Assembly: GCA_951406725.2 (NCBI GenBank)
Contig: OX597823.1
Location: 87,048,001 to 87,112,000 of the forward strand
Reading direction: 5' to 3'
DNA length: 64,000 nt
Source: Octopus vulgaris
Lineage: Eukaryota
A program made the position numbers and the translations under genes. This document shows positions 54,022 to 64,000 of the stretch, in pieces. Position 1 is the stretch's first letter. Each line of letters opens with the position of its first letter. The notes beneath the pieces were generated by a model that saw nothing but the letters and a program-made list of their open reading frames with translations, searched no databases and had not been told where the DNA came from.

Positions 54022-54201
54022 ATCCAAACATGAACAAGCACGAAAGAACAACAACACGAGGCCGTGAAATAAGTACAATGTTATTGAACGCTCAGGAAAT
54101 GAAAGAGGATTTCGCGTTTAGCGAAGCTCTTCCTTAGAAATGTAGAAACAGTCCAAAGAAGAGAAGACGGAGAAAGAGAATCGCCAACGATATACACGCG
54201 G

Positions 54202-54205
<4 letters not shown>
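54017..54205 (-). mobile_element. Diverged copy of the 10065/44437 HHR element, extending further 5'
   Basis: agttaatccaaaca...gacgctcaggaaa/aacgctcaggaaa landmarks; HHR eroded. Confidence 0.7.
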
Positions 54206-54247
<42 letters not shown>

Positions 54248-55234
54248 ATATATATATATATATACACACATATATGTATGTATATATGTTTGTATGTATG
54301 TATGTATGTATGTATGTATGTATGATTATTATCGGCTGTTTGCTTTCAAACTTACTTTTCTGAGGCAAATCTGCTGAATCTCTATAAATAAGTTGATCAG
54401 AAACAATTATGGAACCTTAGCTGTATTGATAAAACAACTAAACATTGGACGCCCGCCAAAGGTCAAAGCCGACATACATCATTTGTCCACTTTGCATGCC
54501 CTGTGTCGCGGTCACACCATTAAAACTTCTTTTCTAAATAAACTAAAATAAGTTTTCCTTTACGGAATTAATTCGGTGTAAACTCCATTTCAAACGACCG
54601 TAAATAGTCTATCGCATTTGAAATAACCGTCTCGAATCACGAATGCAAATTAATATATCTTCAGCTAAAGTGATCTACATGGATGCAATCGTGTGCATAT
54701 CTGTTTGTGTAAACATGTATATGCGCCTCTTTGAGTATTTACATATTTGTGTATTTCCGTTTGTGTTCATACGTCTGTTTGTATTAAGGGCGGAGATACA
54801 AATAATATTCTAAATGATATAATTTTTATCGATAAATGTCATTATGATACATGGGAATGTCCAAATTTACATTATTTTCTTATAATATATTTCCATTCTA
54901 TATCTTCATTTTGATTTCTATCGCTGTTTAGAATCTTTTATATAAAACAACGAATTGAGACGAAGATAACAACGTTAGTAATTTTGTTTCGTCTATTATT
55001 ATTATTACTATTTTTCTTTACTTTTGAAAAATACAATTTTGGAATACAGTAATGCGTCAGTCTCTTTCTCACTTTTACTAAGCAATTGACATAGTATTAA
55101 GTGGTGATTATTCATCGTATGCCAGAAAAAAATTTTCATGAAATTGTTTCGATTTATATGTTTGAGGTAAATTTCATATGATTCAACCTAACACCTAGGA
55201 CATTTTTGTCTTGATTTATAATTATTATTATTAC

Positions 55235-55317
<83 letters not shown>

Positions 55318-55319
<2 letters not shown>

Positions 55320-55481
55320 AGGCGCAGGAGTGGCTTTGTGGTAAATAGCTTGCTTACCAACCACATGGTTCCGGGTTCAAGTCTCACTGCTCAGCACTGT
55401 GGGCTGGTAACTTCTACTATAGCCTCTGTCCAACCAAAGCCTTGAATGGATTTGGTACACCGAAACTGACAGAACTCCGTC

Positions 55482-55541
<60 letters not shown>

Positions 55542-55684
55542 ATAATAAATATTAGGGAATGAATCCAAAATTACAGGGAAAAAATCAGATTTAGGGTTAA
55601 ATCCAATTTTATTTATATTAAAATTTTATGTATTGATTAAGTCTTTCCTTGTTTGGTTTTTAAAATAGTGGTTTTGTCTCGAAT

Positions 55685-55753
<69 letters not shown>

Positions 55754-56030
55754 GGTGTGTGTGTATGTGTGTGTGTGTGTGTATGTGTGTGTGTGTGTAT
55801 ATAAATATATATATATATATTTATATATATGTGTGTGTGTTTGTGTGTCTGTGTTTGTCCCCTCAACATCGCTTGACAATCGATGCTGGTGGGTTTACGC
55901 CCCCGTAACTTACCGGTTCGGCCAAAGACCGATAGAATATGTACTAGGCTTACAAGAATAAATCCTGGGGTGCTCCAGAATGGCCGCAGTCAAATGACTG
56001 AAACAAGTAAAATAGTAAAAGAGTAAAAGA
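55318..56030 (+). mobile_element. SINE family B with ~150 bp of unrelated AT-rich sequence inside its internal microsatellite (55535-55687)
   Basis: Head/centre 55318-55482, tail 55845-56030. Confidence 0.85.
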
Positions 56031-56079
56031 GATTATTATTAATATTATCATCATCATTATCATCATCGTCATCATTATT

Positions 56080-56262
56080 TAGGGCGGGACGATGACAGAA
56101 ATGCAAACACGTCAGCCAAAATGCTTACCTTCATTTTGTCTATCCGTACGTTCGGAGTTCAAATTCTGCCGAAATCCATAAAATTAGTACCTACGGATTA
56201 CTGGGGTCACTGTAATCGACAGTCCGCTTCTGCCGTAATGCAGGTTTTGTGCCTATAGTAGA
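56080..56262 (+). mobile_element. Degraded SINE family A
   Basis: agggcgg..gatgacagaa...gagttcaaattctgccga...gtgcctatagtagaa. Confidence 0.65.
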
Positions 56263-56279
56263 ATGGATTATTATTATTA

Positions 56280-56356
<77 letters not shown>

Positions 56357-56824
56357 GAGTGAGATAGCAGTGCATGCCATCAAAGTGACACTGGGGTAAA
56401 ATATACGAAGCCCAGTATACCCATCATGACTATCCGTCTGATAAGGGTACACCAGGCACATGCATCACAACCATATGTGCGCGACATGATGATCTCATAT
56501 CAAGATAAACAGCACATGACCTTGTAGGTGGGGCCCAGTGAGAATTTTCTACTGGTCGAGTAACCCATCCTGCTCAAAAGGTCCCTGAGTAACGGTTGTT
56601 TAAGGATGTTGAACGAAACACCCATGTTTCCAGAGGTGAATTATTCAAACCCCAAAGAATCCCTCTCAACACATGGCTATGATACTCGCCCACTACTTCT
56701 GCTCGTGATCAGAGATGCACATATCATCAGCCACTAAGGGACATGCTCAACTGGTTAAGGTCAAACAACTGACAAGCAAATCTGTGGTATTGAGCAGATA
56801 TTTGCTGTAGCCCATCTTTTATAC
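56357..56824 (-). mobile_element. Family C, truncated at right end, in (TAA)n
   Basis: Same left end as other copies. Confidence 0.9.
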
Positions 56825-56838
56825 TATTATTATTATTA

Positions 56839-56897
<59 letters not shown>

Positions 56898-56929
56898 ATT
56901 TTTATTATTATCATCATCATAAGCATTAA

Positions 56930-57140
56930 TATTGGTTTCAAACTTTGGCACATGGCCAGCAATTTCTGAGAAGAGGGCAAATCGAATGTACCGACCCCAA
57001 TGTTCGACTAATACTTATTTTACTGTGAAGGGTTGAAAGGCAAATCCGATTTCGGCAGGATTCCAACTCAGAACGTAAAAACAGACTATATGCCACTAAG
57101 CATTTTGCACGACGTGCTAACCTGTCTGCCAGCTTGCCGC
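56930..57140 (-). mobile_element. Degraded SINE family A
   Basis: tgaaaggcaaa..cga.ttcggcagga...aactcagaacgtaaa...ctgccagcttgccgcc. Confidence 0.7.
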
Positions 57141-57169
57141 CATGTTATAATCATTAATATCATCATATT

Positions 57170-57212
57170 ATTATATTACAATCACTATTTTTATTAGCAT
57201 CATTATTACTAC

Positions 57213-57299
<87 letters not shown>

Positions 57300-57507
57300 G
57301 GTTGTTGTTTTTCTTTTTTTTATTTCTATTATTATTATTATTATTAATTTTTTATTATTATTATTATTGTTATTATTATTATTATCATTATTATTATTAT
57401 TGTTTTTCATTTTTTATTTCTACTATTATTATTATTATTATTGTTATTATAATTATTATTATTATTAGTAGTAGTAGTAGTATCATTATTTTTTTTTATT
57501 ATCATCA

Positions 57508-57589
<82 letters not shown>

Positions 57590-57610
57590 CATCATTATTA
57601 TTATTATTAT
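57170..57610. repeat. Compound (ATT)n field
   Basis: Direct reading. Confidence 0.95.
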
Positions 57611-58448
57611 CCTTATTTAGTGAAGATTAATTTTTATGTTTGCTATGCATCCATGTCTTTATATTTTTCTATTATTTCTTTTCTTGCTTTTCTTCATTCT
57701 TTATACTAAACGTTCTTCTAGCAAACAGGTATGTCAACGCGAATTAGCTGTCCCCTATTCTTCATGCACCCTCTCTATGTGTGTCTCTCCCTCTTCTTTC
57801 TCTCTCTCTCTCTTTCTCGCACTGTATCTCATTTATCTCTCCCTTCCCTTCTCTCTGTCTGCTGATACATACATACATACATACATACATACATGCATGG
57901 TGGAATCGTTGAATTTCACTGTTTATTTCCCTTGTCTGCAGTTTAAAATGGTGATGTTGTGTGGTTGCTTTACTTTGCTTACTGCAAATAAACGATATTG
58001 GTCTTGTCATTTCAGCTCTGTTGATTATAAACTAACTTGTCTAGCGTTTCTAGCGCAACCTGATTGAATACGACATCACTTCTCTTAATTTGATCAGCGC
58101 AAATCTGTATTGCATATTAATTCACGGAATATTTATTTCTTTATAACTCCTTATACATAGATGCGTCTTCAGCCTCACTTTACACTTTACACTTTCTTTC
58201 TTCCATCCTTTCTTTCTTTCTTTCTTTTATTATTTATTTATTTATTCGTTTTATTTATATTTTTATTTATTTGCATATTTCTTTCTCGCATTTACTTCTA
58301 GTCTTTTCCCATTTTTCACAATTACTCTGTTTCTGCTCCCTTCTTGTCTGTCTGTCAGTCTGTCTGTCTCAGTTTCTACACTTTTCTTTCCCCCCTCTCT
58401 CTCTCTCCCTCTCCATGTCTTTCTCTCTGTTTCTCTCATTTTCTCTTT

Positions 58449-58515
<67 letters not shown>

Positions 58516-59204
58516 CTCTTATCAACATACTCTTCCACGATTCTAAACTCATCACAGGCACTTTATTTCCTCACCTTCAGTTCACACACATATTCAGGAA
58601 CACACAAGCATTCTCTCTCAAACACACACACACACACTCACGCATATACACACATACACACACATACACACACATGCACACATATGCACACACAAATGCA
58701 CACACCTGTCACCGCATAACTTCATTCTCATTCACTCAGCATTTATCTAACGCTTCCTCTCTCTATCTCTTCCTATCTCTCTTCGTCTATCTCTCTCTTT
58801 TTCCTCTCACTCTCCTTCTTTCTCTCTCTTCCTCTCTCTACCTCTCATTCTCTCTCTACCTCTCATTCTCTCTCTCTCTCACTGTTCCTGTGTCTTTCTA
58901 TCTCTATGGCGTTGTCTATCTACCACTTCCTCCTCTTTCTCATCTTCTTTTCCCATTATGTCTCATGAGCACAGCTCTCCATAAATCTATACACATGTCT
59001 TCCCAAACATTTTATTCATTGACTTTCATTTACCTCTCCCCCCATATACTATCTCTCTCACCCTCTCAACCTCCCCATCTCTCTCTCATTTTCTCTCATA
59101 AATAAAGTCTTCCATAAGTCTAAGCAAACCGCTTCTCAAACACTTTATGTTCTCTTCGTTTCGGCACCCTACGCTATCTCACTCACACACAATGTCTTTA
59201 AACA

Positions 59205-59560
59205 TCTCTCTCTTTTCGTCTCACTCTCTCCTCTAGCTATCTTCCCACTCTCTTTCTCTCCCTTTCAATCTGTCCTCTGTCTATCTTTCCACTCTTTCTC
59301 TCCCTCTCCCTCTCTTCTCTGTCTCTTCCTACTTACTCTCTCTCCCTCTCTCCTCTGTCTATCTTCCCACTCACTTTCTCTCCCTCTCACTCCCACCTCT
59401 GTTTATCTTTCCATTCTCTTCGTCTCCCTCTCACTCTCTCCTCTGTCTATATTCCCTCCCTCTCACTATCTCCTCTTTCTATCTTCCCAGTCCCTTTCTC
59501 TCCCTCTCCCTCTCTTCTCTCTCTATCTTCCCAGTCTCTTTCTCTGTCTCTCTCCTCTCA
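59205..59560. repeat. Degenerate ~35-bp polypyrimidine minisatellite (tctttctctccctctc.ctctctcctctgtctatcttcccac)
   Basis: About nine recurring ctatcttccc-like anchors. Confidence 0.8.
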
Positions 59561-60075
59561 TTTCCTAAATTTCTAATGATTCCCTCTTCAAGTCCCTCAT
59601 AATAGATACACTATTATTCTCTTTTCTATTTCCCACTCGTAGCTTCTCTGGTCCTCCCACTGACACTCTTACTCATGCCAAAACGTTCTTCTTGTTTCTA
59701 TACACTTTGCTTCTTCTTACGGTTCTACTTCCTTCCTTGCTACTTCGTCTGTCTCTCTTTCTCAGACAAAAGAGACAGAGTGAGACAAATTGCGTGCATC
59801 TTTGTGAAACTATTGTAGATTACAGAGATAGATATAAGAAGAGAGACAATTCGGGAGAAATCGTAGATACGTTTGTTTCTGTGAGAAGGTGTGGCGTTGA
59901 AAACGAAAGTTAGAGAGGCAGAAGCAGAAAAAGTAATAGAAGGAGAGAGATAGTGCGTGTGTTACTGTGAGAAAGAAGAGGAATACAAAAATGGACGAGC
60001 GAGAGGAGAGCGAAAGAAAAGAATGAAAAGAGAGAGAGAGACTTATAAGGATACTGTAAAATTAGAAGGATATTA

Positions 60076-60122
60076 TTAAAGTACAAGCCTTCCGTAACGG
60101 TAGTTAGAGGTGCTGACACTGC
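60076..60122 (-). CDS. Possible short terminal exon ((G)SVSTSNYRYGRLVL*)
   Basis: ttcttttctctgccag acceptor, open to tandem TAA TAA, followed by non-repetitive sequence; no homology recognised. Confidence 0.2.
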
Positions 60123-60574
60123 CTGGCAGAGAAAAGAATCATTCTGAAATAAGCTCTTCTCTCATGTACCTACATAAATTTATAAGCGGAGATTTTGCTC
60201 CTGCTCTCATGAGTGCAAGTATACTTTAGCGACAAGTCGGATGCACTATAAGTATAAACCATGGCTCTTCATCCATCCGTCTTTCCCTCAACTCAATGTG
60301 AGGAACTGGACTTTGCAATATCGAAATCTATCTATCAATCTACAGGCATGCACATGGTGACAGATAGTTTAGAATTCCTTTCTTTAGAAGAAAGAAGCGC
60401 TCCATTATTTAATAATATATTTCCTATTTTTCTAATTATGGTAAGGATGGAGCTTGTACAGAAATCGCTACTATATCTAATACATTTACGGGCACTCGTT
60501 TGAGAAGCTATATTTTATCCAGCTACTTTATTAAATAAGCATTTAGCTATACATCTACCGACCTCGTGTGTGCG

Positions 60575-60660
60575 CGTTCTGGAGCAAGGCAGTTTATTTC
60601 ACGTTGCTCCAGTTCGCTCAGCTGTAGAAATGAGTTGTGACGTCACTGGTGCCAAGCTGT
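60575..60660 (+). mobile_element. SINE family D centre fragment
   Basis: ggagcaaggcagtttatttcacgttgctccagttcgctcagctgtagaaatgagt. Confidence 0.6.
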
Positions 60661-60662
60661 AA

Positions 60663-60718
<56 letters not shown>

Positions 60719-60746
60719 ATTGTGTATGTATATATATGTGTGTGTG

Positions 60747-60777
<31 letters not shown>

Positions 60778-61449
60778 GTATGTATGTAGTTAGATACATC
60801 GATGGATGGATAAATAGACACAGAGAGCGAGAGAGAGAGAAAGAGACACAGAAAGAACAGTGGTTGGAGGGAGCGAGCGAGAGAGTGAGGGAGGAAGGAA
60901 GGAGAATTAGACAGACACAAACAGAAAATGAAAGAAAGAAAGAATGAATGAAAGACTGGGGTGTATGTTCACAGTTAATACACAAACACCCTTCAAACAC
61001 ACACACACATACATGCATATGTAAATATTCACATGAAAATACCATTTTTACACCGTGCGATGACGGTACAACACAAATATGAGAAGAACTGGAAACATAA
61101 TGCTAAGAGAATAGGCAATCAATCAGCGCCATCGATTAATTAAATAAAATTTAGATTATCCAAGCCTTCAGTCTTATAAGATTTACTAATCTTGACATTG
61201 GTATGTTGCGATAACAGCATAGAAGCAGAGAGACGGAATAGATAATAAATACAGGCGAGAAAAAAGACAGCGTGTCATAACATAATTTTGAGCAACACAA
61301 TAATGCTGGAGTCCAAGCTGAAATGAAACGCTCTGTCCTGTTTTTTCTTCGTTTGCAGTTTTACTTTCAGTTTTAGTTTCAGCAGTGTGTGGATGGCTTC
61401 ATTATATGTTCATTGGCGGGAGTGACAAAACGAGTACTTTTTGCCTTTA

Positions 61450-61635
61450 TATTTGTTACTCGTTTCAGTCATAAGACTGCGGCCGTGCTGGGGCACCGAC
61501 TTGAATTTTCAGTCGAAGGAATCGACGCGAGAACTTTTTTTTCTAAGCCCTGGTACTTATTCTGTTGGTCTCTTTCGGCCGAACCGATAAGTTACGAAGG
61601 ATGCAAACACCGGAACCGGTTGTCAAGCGGCGGTG
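61450..61635 (-). mobile_element. SINE family B 3' half
   Basis: ttactcgtttcagtcat..gactgcggcc...ggttgtcaagcg. Confidence 0.8.
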
Positions 61636-61769
61636 GTGGTGGTGGTGGGGATTGTGGTGGTGGTTGTGGTTGTGGAGCAAAACAAAGGCAGAAAGATACA
61701 TAACACATTGTTCCACATACACACACACACACATAGGTATGCATGTATATATATACATAGATATATATG

Positions 61770-61854
<85 letters not shown>

Positions 61855-61868
61855 AATAAAACGAGACA

Positions 61869-61991
61869 ATTTTCAAGACATTTATGAAGAGAAAGTTAGT
61901 CATACAGCTGTTTCTGAGATATTAGGGATATCACAAGTATCCCAGAAACAGCTGTAAGATTAATTTTCTCTTTACAATCATATTGAAAATT
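61869..61991. mobile_element. Inverted duplication of an HHR 3' half (PLE terminal-repeat-like)
   Basis: aattttcaa...tacagctgtttctg / cagaaacagctgta...ttgaaaatt arms; GGGATA...TATCCC A GAAA CAGCTG TA retains stems II/III but lacks CUGANGA. Confidence 0.7.
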
Positions 61992-62144
61992 ACACAAAGC
62001 GTTGGCTTTGTTGTTTCATATTATTTGAACACGTACATGTTCATACAGGACTCCTCACTCGTATTATTCTTCCATTGCACTTACATAGCATCACCTGCCA
62101 CATTAGATCTTCTGGACACCAATACCTCTCATACATTTGCCAAG

Positions 62145-62191
<47 letters not shown>

Positions 62192-62319
62192 ATGTGTGCA
62201 TAAAAAATAAACAGTTACCAGGGTAGCAAAAAGTCACACAAATAAAAATGGTGTAACTCATTGTTTTTAAAGGTAGAAACTCCGGGTTTATGTGAAATAT
62301 TTTGTATAATATATATAAA

Positions 62320-62640
62320 TAAATGGAGTTAAATGCAGGTGTTATTCAAATTCTTTTACTTCCGACACATGTTTCGAAGATATCATTGGTATTATTGCAA
62401 AGGAATAAAATGAGGTAAAACAATGTAATCTTCTCTTCAATAGCGTTCAGTTCATCACTATACATATCCATCACATTGTGTTAAAATGTTTTATTGGCGA
62501 ATTTTATTTCTTCATTTCCCTGAAGAGAAGATTACATTGTTTTACATCATTTTATTCTTTTGGAATAATATCAATGATATCTTCGAAACATGTATCGGAA
62601 TTAAAAGTATTTGAATAACACCTGCGTTTAACTCCATTTA
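62320..62640. mobile_element. 120-bp inverted repeat pair (62320-62439, 62521-62640) of an HHR-bearing terminal repeat
   Basis: Arms are reverse complements with few mismatches; 81-bp spacer; (TA)n flank. Confidence 0.9.
62516..62600 (+). ncRNA. Type I hammerhead ribozyme with canonical core and long loop 2
   Basis: UUCC CUGAAGA GAAGAU ...46 nt... AUCUUC GAAA CAUGUA UC GGAA; mirror copy has GUC at the cleavage triplet. Confidence 0.8.
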
Positions 62641-62659
62641 TATATATATATGTTTATAC

Positions 62660-62703
<44 letters not shown>

Positions 62704-62707
62704 TATA

Positions 62708-62845
62708 AGATGGTTTTTTTTCTTCCTGCCAAGGCTTTGGTCAGCCCAAGGCTATAGTAGAAAACACTTGCCCAAGGTGCCACGCAGTGGGACTGAACCC
62801 GGATCTATGTGGTTGGGATGCAAGCTCTTTACTACACAACTACGC
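62708..62845 (-). mobile_element. SINE family B 5' part
   Basis: aaggctttggtcagcccaaggctatagtag...gggactgaacccgga. Confidence 0.8.
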
Positions 62846-63029
62846 AATAGTCAAGTTGCTACGTTGCTTGGGGTTGGATTATATAATTCAGTTCCTGTCT
62901 GATGTGTTCTTATTATTAGTAGCAAGTTCCCTATATAATACTGTCTCGATTGCTAAGAATCAAGGGATTGGTTATACAGTGACCGAGATTACAACAATCC
63001 CCTTCGAAAGAAATGCCAATCCATCACAG

Positions 63030-63141
63030 AGAAATTGAGTGTTTTACTCATGAACGCAGCGCATCACCCCGTCCGAGAATCGAAACTGCCACTTTGTGAT
63101 CAGGAGCACAATATTTTACCCACTAGATCACGCGCCTTCAC
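63030..63141 (-). mobile_element. Degraded tRNA-headed SINE (family D-like) 5' part
   Basis: Minus: gtgaaggcgcgtgatctagtgg...gtttcgattctcggacgggg. Confidence 0.55.
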
Positions 63142-63362
63142 TTCCTGGTATTAATGTTGGTTAAATCAATTCAGACTCATTAGTTAGATGTAGTTAATTG
63201 GGGTGGAGGGTTTGCAGAGAAGAGAGAGAATCTAACGAAAAGAATCTGACGCATATTCTTTACATTCTGAGTTCAAATCTGGCCAAGGTCAGCGTTAGCA
63301 TTTAGATTTCATGGAGGCGATGTGTTCGGCGGGATGGGAAATATATTATAATTATGATGTTA

Positions 63363-63730
63363 TAGTCGCAAGCATGACTGTGTGGTAAGAAGCTTGCTTC
63401 CCAACAACATCATTCCGGGTTCAGTTCGATTGGGAGGCACCTGGGGCAAGTAACTTTTTCTGTAACTTCAAGGCTTCCAAAGTCATGTGAGTGGATTTGT
63501 TAGATGGAAACTGAAAGACGCCATTCTTTTATGTGTGTGTGTGTGTTTGTGTGCCACCAACGGTTGACAACCTGTGTTTACGTCCTCGTCGACTTAGCAC
63601 TTCGTGAAAAGGGTCGTTAGAATAACTACCAGGCTTTACAAAATCATTACTGGAGTCGATTCATTCGATTAAAGTTCTTCAAGATGGTGCCCCAGCATGG
63701 CCACAGTCTAATGACTGAAGCAAGTAAAAA
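63363..63730 (+). mobile_element. Degraded SINE family B
   Basis: Head, centre, (TG)n and tail all present. Confidence 0.8.
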
Positions 63731-64000
63731 ATTGCTTAAGGCTGTATAAAGTGCTTTGAGAGAATATTTAAGAAAATATCTCAGAATATCTCAGTAAATA
63801 TCTTGACGTTATTAACCCTTTGCCAATCCTGGAACTAGTTCCCTAGCATCCATGCGTTGTCTGCGATACAAATTTCCAGTTGTTTTTCAACCACCGGCGT
63901 AAGCTCTGACATATGAAAGGAAAGCATTATATTGGCTCCGAACAAATGAAGCAAAGCTAACTAAAAGTCTGGAAACGGACGTTCAGGACAAATTTCGGAA

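Overview
AT-rich, microsatellite-saturated eukaryotic (animal) DNA with no multi-exon host gene that I can support; almost all ORFs in the track are translations of simple repeats. The repeat complement resembles octopus (coleoid cephalopod) DNA; this is pattern recognition, not a database result. Supported content: (i) dozens of copies of at least four tRNA-headed SINE families; (ii) decayed Tc1/mariner transposons with TIRs and TA TSDs, a pogo-like MITE and Helitron-type non-autonomous elements; (iii) non-LTR retroelement relics: a 2.7-kb L1/Tx1-type RT element, a CR1-type 3' fragment and two R4/Dong-type restriction-like endonuclease 3' ends in (TAA)n; (iv) about ten type I hammerhead-ribozyme (HHR) folds from several unrelated short elements embedded in (TA)n/(TAA)n, typical of Penelope-like element (PLE) terminal repeats. 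Highlights: a tRNA head + (AAT)n + HHR-tail composite that looks like a PLE-dependent, ribozyme-bearing SINE; a 265-bp TG...CA element with 40-bp inverted ends carrying an HHR; two HHRs with the compensatory U3-A8 core pair; and a Tx1-type LINE sharing its 3' tail with SINE family A, where both appear to insert into other SINE copies. Family names A-E are my own labels; repeat boundaries are approximate unless TIR/TSD positions are given.
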